NCBI GenBank assembly: GCA_030704615.1
Contig: CM060732.1
Location: 17,050,001 to 17,114,000 of the forward strand
Direction: 5' to 3'
Origin: Takakia lepidozioides
Lineage: Eukaryota > Plantae > Bryophyta
DNA length: 64,000 bases
A program made the position numbers and the translations under genes. The first letter of the stretch is position 1. Each line of letters begins with the position of its first letter. Positions 52,453-64,000 of this stretch are shown here, piece by piece. Under the pieces are notes generated by a model. That model did no database searches. It saw only the letters and a list, made by a program, of their open reading frames with translations, and had not been told where the DNA came from.

Positions 52453-53228
52453 CTGTCAATGTTGCTTCAAAACGCACAATTCATAGTCCGACGTTGCTTC
52501 TGATTGCAGGTTGTACTAGAGCGGAGTTTTTTGGCTGTATAGAAGACGTCCTTACACACAATTGCAGGTGTCGCTCCCGCTTGCAGGTCTCCTAACGCGG
52601 TTCGGCACATCATAGAAATGTGTCCCCATGCGAACCAAGTGGATGGTCGCAGAGTGCCCAAATGCGGAGTGGATAATGTCAGCCCTAATCAAAGAATCCA
52701 ACTGTTTTCTCACAGGTGCCCCACCAGTGCATTGGATAACCAACTCAGTAAGATTGACTGACAGAGCCGCCATTTGCTTGTCATGTCAGAGATTCCAGAT
52801 GAGATGCCCATTTCCATTCAATTTTAACGGCACCTGCACCGCTGTACAACTATACATACTTCACATTCCTCTGAAACATCCCAAAAGCTATTACTCAACA
52901 ATGAACTTTTTTGGATGAGAGGTGGACCCGAACGAATTTCGGTGGATGAGAAAAAAATGATTTCCGGAGATATTCATAACGGTTAGATGGACACATGTTC
53001 GCCATGCATGTGGAATGAGCATGTGGCGCACAGGTCGTTCCGAGCGATCATCTTGGCGTGGAAGGCCTTGCGGTGAACCCACCGTAGCCCCCTTTTTTCC
53101 TTCTTCTCCTTATTGTCCTTGCAACCCTGGATTCTGTAGAGACGGTGACCACATCCCGAGGGAGAAGAAAACGTCGAAGAACACTTTACTTCACATCAAA
53201 CAAGCAAAGGGTACGCGCTAATGAGAGG

Positions 53229-55732
53229 ATGAGGAAGGCAAGACAAGAACTTAGAATGGGAGAAGAAACCTCCGGCGGAGATGAGGACGAACGCCAAAAC
53301 CCGATTCTGCAACCACTGTTTGGAGAGGAAGGTCTTGAAGCGATCCCGGAGGCGACCGAAGAGCAACCTCCAATAGAAGGGGGGGAGGACGAGGAAGTCA
53401 GCTGGGCTCGGGAGGAAGCATTGCGAGTGGAGAACCAGGTCTTAAGAGAGCAGGGAGGAGAGATGGACACAGAAACCATGCCGTCTGCCGTTGTTTCGCA
53501 CCACCGGGACCTCCTTGGAAGCATGCTGCCTCCAGACCTCATGGAAAAGTTGAATGCCTCAGGAGCATCATCAAGTGTAAAGAAGAAACCGGAGGTGACT
53601 ATCAACCCTCTTTTTCCCTTTTTTGCTTTTGTCTGTTCCATGCTAATCAGAGAGGTCGACATCAACCTTGCGTCAACGCAAGGTTGATGTCGACCTCCAA
53701 AGTGTATGTTTTGGGCATGAAACGAGTGCAGATGCTGCACTCAAATCAACCTTGCGTTGACGCGAGGTTGATTCGTGTGTCTTTTTTGTTCATTCCCACC
53801 AACCCTAAACGCATGGCAGCCATGGAACTGTTGAATGCTCCCGGTGCATCATCAAGTGCCAAGAAGAAACCATAAGTTGCAATGTGCTTTTCCATCTGAT
53901 TTTTTTTGTTTGTTGAACACCAATCTGAGAGCTCGGCATCAACCTTGCATCAACGCAAGGTTGATGTCGACCTCCAAAGTGTATGTTTATGAAGGTGACA
54001 TGAAGCAGATTCAGCACTCGAATCAACCTTGCGTTGACGCGAGGCTGATTTTGATGCCACTCCCAGCATCCGAAGTCTCGCACCAGGAACCGCAAAGTAG
54101 GGAAAGTCGATTATCTGAAGCCCCCAAAAGAACCCTGCGTCAACGCAAAGCATTTAGTGGGTTCAATGGACTGTTGCAATATGCATTTCAGACTAAGCTA
54201 CATCCCCATCAATCAACCTTGCGTCAACGCAAGGTTGATCCATGGGAGCTCAATCTGTCACTCACAGGGATATTCATTACCTGCAGAGGAAAAGAAAAAG
54301 GAAATCCGTGGGGGGAGATGCGGCAGTGGCAGAAGGTGATGGTGAGGAAGAGTCATTTGAGGGACACTATGAAGACAAGGCTGAGGAGGTTATGGGTGGG
54401 CAGAAAGTGAACTCCTCGAAGGTGATTCTATCGATGGAGGTTCCCGGCGGAAACCTGGTTATCCCACTATGCAAGATGATCTCCATGCCCGTGGTTCGAC
54501 CCGCATTGAGGAACGACATCACGAAGTTGAAGAACGATTTTGTTCACGGCTATGTCAAGGGATCTGCAGTGTTCTATGTATCCACTGTGAACATGAAAGG
54601 AGAGGAGTGTCTTGTAACAGAGGACATAGAGCAAAGTTGGGATGCATGCTCGCAGGATGTAAACAGGGAGTTTGAGTTCAAGCTGTCCAAAAAGGCCTCC
54701 ACAAAAGTGTTTATGGGAAAGATGTTTTTTGTCTGGGATGGGAACCATAGACTGCTTGCTTGGATGGATTACATTTCAAGCTTGCACTCGGACGAAATCG
54801 AATGGCACTGGAGAGTGGTTTCCATGGTACTCAACCACAAAGGACGTGTCACGCAGGTCTTGACAGCCATGCACGACATAAACAAGTAAGTTACCAACAT
54901 TGTTCCTGTTCCGATCTGCGTTTGCACAATTAGAAATCATCTTATGAGTTGAAGGTTTTTCCAGGTCCAATGAAACCTCCCATGTGACGACAAATCTCTG
55001 GGCTGATGCCGCTGGAGTCATTCACGAACGTGCTCAGTCCTCAGCAGATGAAGAGGTGTGCTGAAAAGAAGACAAGCACATGGTACAACCTGACAAGGGA
55101 GGCTTTTCTTGACTACATGTACACGGTTAGCTTCTTGACATGTGTTTGATTGTTGTTATTGCAAATCTTATCAAGAAACGACAGTGTTTGATTCTTTCTC
55201 CCTATAATGTATGCAGCAAGAAATAGCAGAAACTGGTTTGAGGGCAAAAGCAGAGTACTATGCTTCCCACACAGAAGAGCAGAGGTCTGCAATTGGGTTT
55301 GAGGACATTATGAAATTTGAGATGAACAATCAAAGGAAAAACCTCATGAGTGCGTTCGACAAACAAATCCGCATAGCAGATCCAAGTCTTGGCACGGAAT
55401 TTCTGGAATAGGTGAAAACACATTATGACAAGTATGGCTCCAAGCCAGAGATGACCCAAAAGAAAATGCATCGCCTTTCCATTTCAATGGTAGACGATGC
55501 AACCAAAATCAGGTGGTTGGAGATCTGGAACACTTGCCCCCGGATCACACTGGAGGCCTATATCAGGAGATGGAAGCTCGCTGTCTGGAACAACTATTTC
55601 TTCAGGGAGTTTGAGAGAGACAAAAGAATCTCCAGGTCCTACAAATTCAAAAACCAGTACAACAGCGAGCAAGCAATGAAACGAGTGTTGTACAGGTGTG
55701 ACCTCCAAGAAACAAATCTGGTACTTGAAGTG
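53229..55732 (+). pseudogene. ParB/Srx-domain gene copy 2, 3'-truncated
   Basis: IPLCKMISMPVVRP..FVHGY..FFVWDGNHRLLAW..AMHDIN. Same intron positions as copy 1. Confidence 0.78.
53652..54240. repeat. Dispersed AACCTTGCGTCAACGCAAGGTT palindromes (~6) in the first intron region of ParB-like copy 2
   Basis: 46-bp palindrome at 53652-53697; others near 53745, 53938, 54021, 54131 and 54211. Confidence 0.9.
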
Positions 55733-56010
55733 TATGTTTTTGTATTCTTTTGTCATTTTTTCCATGTAGAACTACGAATTTGGAGGTTTTGAGGGAGCTC
55801 TGAAGGCTCTGGACGTGCAACCGAGCAACATTGCATTAATGCAAGCTTATATCCCGTTGTTTTGGTTTCACTTTCATGTACCTGGTGTCGTTGAAGTTCC
55901 AAAGGTGTTGCCCTATGTAAGATTCTGCAATTCAAATACATTAGGAACTTGAGAAACTGCATTGGGCGAGAGAGTGTGCTTCCATGTGTCTGGTGTGCAA
56001 GACACAGTGC

Positions 56011-56378
56011 GTGAGTGAGAACTATCCAACATTAGGATGGAAGGGATGAGAGACATTGTCTGTAAATGTATCACAATCCCATCACTGAACTACCCTGTAA
56101 TTAAGACGCAAACAATGTTGAGTTGTACACGATGAGGCAGCAGCACACCATAGATGACAAGCGTGGGCAAAGCTGACGATGCGATTGTTGTCCAGCTCCG
56201 CACTTGCGTCGTCGGCTTTGCCCACGCTTGTCGTCTGTGGTGTGTTGTTGCCTCGTCGTGTATAGCTCAACATTGTTTGCGTCTCAATTACAGGGAAGTT
56301 CAGTGATGGGATTGTGATACATTTACAGACAATCTTGCTCCTCCCTTACCCTCATAATGTTGGATATTTCTCACTCTC
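56011..56378 (+). repeat. ~370-nt fold-back
   Basis: Arms 56055-56187 and 56200-56333 pair almost continuously, with looser pairing outside. Confidence 0.9.
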
Positions 56379-56379
56379 C

Positions 56380-56840
56380 CACTCTCGCACTTTCGACTTT
56401 TGCATATTTCTCACTCTTGCACTTTCGTACGTACTTGTTCCCCTGCACCTTTTGACACTGCCATTGCTCTGGTGTCCACCCCATGTTCCAACACCTTCGA
56501 GGTTTGTCCTTCCACCTCGTCATGTTGTTGAAGTATCCATACTGGCTCCTCCCCCTAGGGCGCAAACATGTCATGGATATCGACAAACATGTATTGCTTC
56601 CCGACATTCCTCCCGCTGGCAATATGACAATCCACTGGACGCAACAATATGATCAACTCCACGTACAACAACGCTGTCAAGCTATACGAGATATTGCCCT
56701 TTATGAGTGGTTTGCCCCACAATGTGCAATTCTCGAAATGCAAGTTCATGCAAGAGCTCAACTCTCCGTAATTGTTTTTTGTTTGCACGACATGCTTATG
56801 TCTAGGCCACAAACGGTTGATGTGATACATTCGCTGCATT
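56380..56840 (-). pseudogene. Fragment homologous to the N-terminal part of the 27505-29843 gene
   Basis: YHINRLWP and CTLWGKPLIKGNISYSLTALLYVE vs YHINRLWP and CTLWGQPLLKDQIPYTLAAMLYVE. Confidence 0.8.
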
Positions 56841-56859
56841 TTTTTAATTTTTTAATTTT

Positions 56860-57190
56860 CAAGCGACTGCCAATATGGCTTCCCGCGGTGTTGACCCATG
56901 TACTTGGCAGCTTAGACAGGCCACGTGCCTGGGGCATCGTCGGCACAACCATGTGGAGTCCTTGGGGGTTGAGCTCATGTCTGCCCACCGACATTGGCGG
57001 TCGCTTGAATTTAAAGAAATGCCAAAAATTCAAGCAACCGCCCATATTGGTGGTCATTTGAATTTTAGTAAATGGAAAAATTCAAGCGACCACCAATATT
57101 GGGGGTCGCTTGAATTTTAAAAAGTGGAACAATTGAAGCGACCGCCAATATTGGCGGTCGTATGAATTTTAAAAAATGGAAAAATTCAAG
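56860..57190. repeat. Fourth GCGACCGCC palindrome array
   Basis: About 5 units, e.g. GCGACCGCCAATATTGGCGGTCG at 57138. Confidence 0.85.
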
Positions 57191-57967
57191 CTCAGTATCC
57201 GCTGCTACCACACCACCTCTAGCCCCTGACCCATGCAATACGTCCTCCAGCAGTTGTCTTGCTTAGATACTATTGTCCCGCCAACGTCCCCCACCCATGT
57301 GAACATAGACAATCCCAACGCCTTCATAAGAGAAGCCACATTAGGTGTTAAGTCACGCACAACTACAGACAGCTTTGGAGCTACCTACTTGAATATATAC
57401 TACTACTACAAATGGGCCAATTATCCATCCGAGGAAAACTAATGGCAAGAAGAAGATGACTTCTTTGGCTCACATGATGACTGCGACCCCGACCATAACC
57501 TCACCCTACTCACAGACTTCCATAAACGCACCAACACCCAATACTTATCACATGTTCATCAACAACATTCATCCTCCCCACAACCGATGGATGTCCGCTA
57601 CATTCAAAACTCACGCTATGCCCCTCATATACACATATGTTTAGCAAAGTGTAACCCAGACAAAGATATCCTACATGATGCTCCCACTCTCATCGAAGAC
57701 CACTTGACTAACATCCATACTTTCTAGGGACGCTACCTAGCACTAGTAGGAAGTGTGTCCAAAATGACTGCACTTACTATTGCAAATCCAGTCGTAACGG
57801 ACTTTGCGAATGGGGGGGCCACCAGTGCTAAGACACTAGTTCATTCTGACAGCGCAGTGGAGCGGTGTCGGACAAGTTGCTTATGTCACTAGTTTAGGAA
57901 ATCGTGGAGAGGGCACGTGGCGCCATCGAGCAGATCGCACGGGTATTTGACTTTGACTTTGACCTAC

Positions 57968-60639
57968 ATTGTTATTGACTCATCACAATGGGAATTTGGT
58001 TGAAGGGCATAATTATAGCCCGATTGTACTCCAGTGCAGCAGGAGTCCTAGGTGGGTTGAAAGCAACATCCCCCCAAACCTCAGACTGTGGCTTCGCCAT
58101 GGTATCAATAGTGTCTGCCACCTACACAGCCACCTGCTGTGGAGGCTGTGATATTGCCGCCACTGTCCCTCCTACTGCTAGCAACTCTTGCACCTCATGT
58201 GATGAAGACTGGAAAATCAGAGTCCTAGCATGCAAATAAGTAGCCACTAGCTGCCCCTCAGGAACAAAGACTCGTTTGTCAATGTTGGAACTCAAGTCAT
58301 CCACTTGAGTCTGCAGCCCTTCCACATCATCCTGTAACTCTGCTATTCTACTATAGATATTGTCTATAGTAGTTGTGGCAATGTTCTGCACCTGCAACCT
58401 GAGATCAATCATCTCCCCCTGGGTGAGTTTTCGTGGTGCCTTCCCTTCCACCGGCCCTTGTGTTAACCATACTTGCATAAGATGATTATCCACCAAGTCC
58501 TATATAGCACCCCTGAGAGCGTGCTCCTCCTTAAGTCTGTACACATCTAACTGCTGCTGTAAAGCCTCCATGCGCTTCGCATGAGGTTCAACCAGGGCCA
58601 CATAGGCAGCAGCCAGATTATTGGCTTCCTTCCAAGCCTTGTTAGCCATAGAGAGTTCATTCTTGTGGCCCGTGAGTGATTGCTGCAACCTCAGGATGAC
58701 TCTTTCCTTCTCAGCGTCAACCTGACTGTACTATTGGAAAATATCCTCATTGCGACGGATAGTAGCTTTCAGATCAGCAATAAGTTTCCCCTGCTCTACT
58801 GTCCTAGCCTCTGCCATCATACATCTCTCTCCTTGTCTGTTAACTTTTAATGCAGTTTGCTCCAGAGCAGTTGTTAGTGTGGCACATTGTATGGTCATTC
58901 TCTGATGAACTGCTTCCAATTCCGTATGGAGCACCTTCGAGTCCTGCAATTTGCCCTCATGCTTCACCTGCAATTGGTATAGCTGCTGCTTATGTGCTTC
59001 ATGCAACTTCTCCTGCTCCAGACCCGCTTCAATCAGATTCTCCTTTGCTAGTTGCAGGGCAGCCTTGGTGTCCTCCAATTCTTTCTGCAACTCGAGGTTG
59101 GCCTCCACATCCACCTTGTTTGCATACTCAGTGGCAATTCTAGCCTCAAACTCCTACTCGAGTTCCTCCCTCAAAGCTGCCAATTGTGTTGATGGAACAT
59201 GGGATTTCACATATGTGCCCAACAAATTGAGTGTCCTGCTTATGGAACTCATAAGCATGGCCTGTTGTGGGTCTTCATGGTGAACTTACTGCTGTTCTCC
59301 CTGATCCTCCACCTTGACAGTCTACCCCTAGAACCTCCGCCACAGGTTCGGGTATCACATGCACAATAAGAACTTCCTTTGACAAACTCTGCATCTTGGG
59401 TACCACTGGTTCCTTGACCAAGCCAGAGTTTTCATAGAGAAGGTCACCCTTCTCAATTTCTGCTACTACCTGCTCTGTAGTGGGAATATCCAACCCTTCT
59501 CCTTCCACAGTAATAGGCTCTGGTGTAACAGCATGTACTAACTGAGTGACCCCCGGAACAATTGAGTCAACTGGCTATGGTGGCTGTGGTACAAAGGTGA
59601 TTTCTTCTTCCCTCTCCAGAGGCCGTGCTTCCAGTAATAACAGCCCTCTGTGCTGTTGTTCCCTATCCTGCACAAGAGCTATGGAAACATCATCATCTTG
59701 TGGTTTCCTTGAAGCTAGTGGATCGGCCACTATAGTTGTGTCACGCTTCTGCCTCTTGGACTGGTGCTGCCCCTCCAATCCTCCTTCACCATGTGAAGAG
59801 CCCTGCTCCTCAATCGCAGTTGTGACTGTCTCAAACACTCCCATCTCCTTGCGTTCTTGCGCATCAAGTATGCAAGAATCAAGGATAATTTGCGCAATTA
59901 TTGGGCCAGACACTATGATCGGAGACTTAGCAGCAGTGCCCTGCAACCGCTTTGTCTCTTTCACCAGACCATTGTACATCAATTGCGCCCAAGCTACATC
60001 CTCTCCCCTCAAAGCTTTCAGTATCTCCTCCGTAAATGATCTGCTCAAGTACCCTTGGTGCAGGTGTATCCTTGAGTTTTAAAGAAACTCTCTTCTTGGA
60101 ACAAATTGACTATTTGCAATCTTGCCCTGTGTTCATCCACATTCACATGCCCAGACGGCAATTCAAACAGTTGCTGCAAGTACTGGGGAGTAATCTGTAT
60201 ATCTACTCCCCTCACTTGTGTAACTCCTACAGGTCCGAGGCTCAAAGTTCTCAATGAATTGAATTACATACTTCCGGTGATGCAAGGACCATTCCTTGCG
60301 TAACAGCCCTTCCAACCGCAACTCCTTTAGCAGCTGCTCTGCCTGTGGTGTAGCAATTGTTTGCTTTTGCAGAATCGTGGTGCTCTTCACCCTGATATCC
60401 TCCATTCCCCTAATTCTCTTCATCCCAGACAAACAAGAAGGCCTTGTTTGGAATAGCTGTAGGAAAGCTTGCAGGGCGTAGAGCATAAAAGTATGGTTGG
60501 CACAGAAAAGAACGGGTAAGTGCGTGTAAGCCTGTGGGGCTTGCAAATATTGAGTGAGAGAAAATGTCCTTTCCACCCGCCCGTCCTTGTGCCACTACGT
60601 GAGAAGTAAAGCTAACGTATAGTCTGTAATATCCGCCAT
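57968..60639 (-). pseudogene. Extra post-pol ORF of gypsy copy 2 (same strand as pol), truncated
   Basis: MADITDYTLALLL..QAPQAYTHLP..VRGVDIQITPQYLQQLFELP; homologous to 13800-16565. Confidence 0.7.
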
Positions 60640-63600
60640 AGCTACAAAGCTATAGCTTTGATTGCTCCCCCCGGCGAGACATTGGTTAATCGGAGCCACC
60701 CCGACTCTTCCGCTCAGAATTTTTCTAATTTTTTGTTCTTGTTTCTTGGAGGGAACCACCTGCATGAAATTCTCGCTCCTGATTGGCTGTTGCCCCCTTG
60801 GGTAACTTCTTAATTTTACCTCCCTTAGTGGACATTCCCACCTGAAAATGTCCACTATGACAGTACATTTGGCAAAGGCCACCCTTTGCTGTACACGTAA
60901 AGGGTTCCGTTACCTTTGCCCTGAATGCATTGATGGGCCCACAATTAGTTTTGGCTGATGTACCGGGTAGGTACTTTGACGGCCCAATTTGTCCTCTTGC
61001 ATGATGACACCCACTTTTGCAATATATGCACCGCGGTGTGCTTTGCCCTCGTGGCCACGTGTTCGATTTTAAACATGCTCCCGTCTTCCCCTGTCCACGT
61101 AGCACATTCTCCGAGTTTGACTTCCAAGCAGTCCATTTACTTGCCGGCCATTTTTCTGACGTTAACCCGCGTCCATTTGTCACTGACTCTATGGGCTGTG
61201 CAACCCGCGTGGGCTGTGTTGGGCTGTGACAGACTGTGTCAAACTGTGGTGGGCTGTGATAGATTGTGTGATGTTGTGATGGGCTGTGATAGGCTGAATG
61301 ATGTTGTGGTGGGCTGTGATAGGCTGTGATAAGTTGTGTGATGCTGTGGTGGGCTGTGATAACGGTGTGAACAACCATGTTCTCCGCTCAGGCCATACAC
61401 ATTTGGATCTACGACAAGTGCTTCATGCTCCGCTGGTATCACCGGTGCAGCCCGTGACTGTTTCTGTGTTTCAATATGCAAATCATGCTGCAATGGTTTG
61501 TCATGGATACCACTGTATCCCTTCAACTTATTGGCGTTGACTCTTCCCAGCATCTCTTTGTTAATGGTTTGTAACATGGCTGTGTTGTTATCATACATAT
61601 TCTGTATGACATAAGGTCATTTCCATGGTGACTTAAGCTTAGAAGCTTTAATCTTTCCCTTCTTCTGCAACCACAGAACCAAATCACCCATCTTAAAGGT
61701 TTTCAATTTACCTTCATCAAATTGATCATTCCTCTTCATCTGAATTCTGGTCATGTTATCTGCTGTATCAGCACGTACTTCTTCCACATGATATAATTCA
61801 TGTTTCTTGACTTTAATTGAATCCTCCAATTCCATTCTTCTTCCCCATTCAGTTCTCATGGTAGGTAACAAGAATTCCACTAGAAGTAAAGCTTCCATAC
61901 CATAAACTAATTGGAATGGTGTATGCTTGGTGGTGACTTTATATGAAGTTCTATATGACCACAAAGTTGTCAGCAGCTTTGTATCCCAATCTGTTCTGTT
62001 TGCATTGACTATCTTAGCTAATATAGTGCATAGTATTTTGTTGGTGGCTTCTGCCTGCCCATTACCATGTGGGTAATAGGTTGTACTCTTCTTGTGCACA
62101 ATCATGAACTCTTTAGTCAATAGTTCTATAGTCTCGTTAATGAAGTGACTTCCCTGGTCACTAATAAATTCCAGGGGACAGCCAAATCTTGTGAGTATGT
62201 TCTCATATAGGAACCTTGCTGTAGACTTAGCTGTGGTGTCCCTCAAAGCCTTAGCTTCTACCCACTTCGTAGTATAATCAGTGGCTGTGATTATATACTT
62301 GTTCTGTGTATTTCTGGCTGGTGGGTTTATTTGGTCCAACAAAGTCTAGTCCCCACTTCTGAAATGGTTCAGTAGGCATCGTAGGATGCAAAGCCATCTT
62401 TCCAGATCTCTGCAATGGTCCTAGCCTCTGACACTCATCACAACTCTTGCAATACTTGTGTACATCCTTGAACAAAGTAGGCCACCAAAAACCTGCATGT
62501 AATATCTTCCTATTGGTAGTCTCCTCTCCAAAATGACCTCCAGCCACTCCTTTATGAACTTCCTCCAAAACTTTATTTACTTCATGGTGGTACAAGCATC
62601 GTTTCAGAACTCCATCAGGTCCTAGCTTATACATTTTGCAGCCTATCATAGTGTAAGGTAAAGCCTTGATAGCTATTCTCTTTCTCTGTTCCTTCCCATA
62701 ACTGGGTGGGCAGTGACCATGAGTAAGGTAGTATCTGATTGGCCACTGCCAATCTAACCAATCATCTGCACTTCCTTGCACCTCCACTGCAAATAGACTC
62801 GCATCAGGTAGTTGATCGTCTACTCCTGTGGCGGGCTCTCCTGTTGATAGACGTGACAAGTGATCTGCCACAAGATGCAAATGGCCAGGCTTGTAAACAA
62901 CTTTGAATTCAAATTCATGCAAGATTATTAACCATCTTGCTATTCTGCCACTTATCAAAGGCTTGTTCACCAGATAAATCAAAGCCCGATGATCCACAAA
63001 AAACATAAACTTCCTTCCCAATAGGTAATGCCTGGATTTCATGACTGCATAAATCATTGCCAATGCTGCTCTTTCAGTGGTGCTATAATTCCTTTCAGCA
63101 CTGTTCAACAACCTGCTAGCAAAGTACACAAGTGAATCTATGTTTCCTGTGATATTTTGGGCTAACACCGCTCCCAATGCTTCTCCTGAGGCATCACAGT
63201 GCACATGAAATACTACATGCCAGTGGGGGTTAATCAACACAGGTGTAGTTGTTACTGACAACGTAAGTTCCTCAAAAGCCTGTTGACACTGAGCTGTCCA
63301 TGTAAACACTGCATCCTTCTTCAAAAGCTTGCTCAAAGGTGATGCCATCTGTGCATACCGTCTGACAAACCTTCTGTAGTAACTGGTTTGTCCAAGGAAC
63401 CTCCTTAGACTCTTAGCATTTCCTAGTGGTGGAGATGCTTTAATGGCCTCTGTCTTTCTGGGATCCACAAGCAGTCCCCTCTTACACACAATGTGTCCTA
63501 GTAGTACCCCTGAATTCACACAGAAAGTACGTTTTTTCTGGATTTAGACCAAGACCTCTCATCCTGCATCTGACCAAACATAATTCCAACTTCTGCAAGT

Positions 63601-64000
63601 GCTCATTCTTAGAGTTGTACACACTGAAGTCATCTAAGAACACTTGCATGAAATCATCCAGATACTCGTGAAAAGATTCACTTATCACCCTCTGGAAAGT
63701 TGCTGGTGCATTACAAAGTCCAAAAGGCAGACTTTGTATGTATAAGCACCCCAGTCTGTGATGAAAGTTGTCTTCCCCTGGTCTTCTTCCACCACTTGCA
63801 CTTGGTTATATCCACTGAAGCCATCCATGAATGAGTACATCTCATGGCCTGCAACAGTGTCAAGTACAGCTTCTGTGAATGACAAAGGAAATGGATATTT
63901 CTTTGTACAAACATTCAACTTCTTATAGTTCACACAAACTCTCAGTTTGCCATTCTTCTTGGGAACTATCACAATGGGTGACAACCAGGTTGTATACTCT
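57968..64000 (-). mobile_element. Ty3/gypsy (Athila-like) retrotransposon copy 2 (RT-RNaseH-INT-extra ORF), running off the window end
   Basis: SPIVIVPKKNGKLRVC, DGFSGYNQ, FLDDF, HCDAS, GGHFG, ISDQGSHF, with frameshifts. Confidence 0.92.

Noticed and set aside
47291-55732. Bacterial or phage contamination explaining the ParB/MTase genes
   Set aside because: The genes have GT-AG introns at shared positions and are interleaved with plant transposons.

Overview
Transposon-dense eukaryotic DNA, most likely from a non-seed land plant. The basis is a PLS/E-type PPR pseudogene, spliceosomal introns and Athila-like Ty3/gypsy elements. 1-10.5 kb: an intact two-ORF Penelope-like (Naiad/Chlamys-type RT) retroelement nested in its own leader, plus LINE fragments. 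10.5-18.2 kb and 58-64 kb: two decayed copies of one Ty3/gypsy family carrying an extra post-pol ORF. 21-57 kb: a rearranged complex of cargo-bearing DNA transposons, with a hAT transposase, two GCM/MULE/SWIM transposases, a RING-H2 gene, an intact protein kinase, long fold-backs and several palindrome arrays. Main finding: each MULE transposase lies head-to-head with an intron-containing ParB/Srx-domain gene that sits next to arrays of long palindromes. Undoing two inversions rejoins one of these genes in frame to a beta-class N4C/N6A DNA-methyltransferase domain, giving a transposon-borne ParB-methyltransferase fusion with candidate parS-like sites. All assignments come from reading motifs by eye and no searches were run. 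Coordinates of decayed features are approximate.
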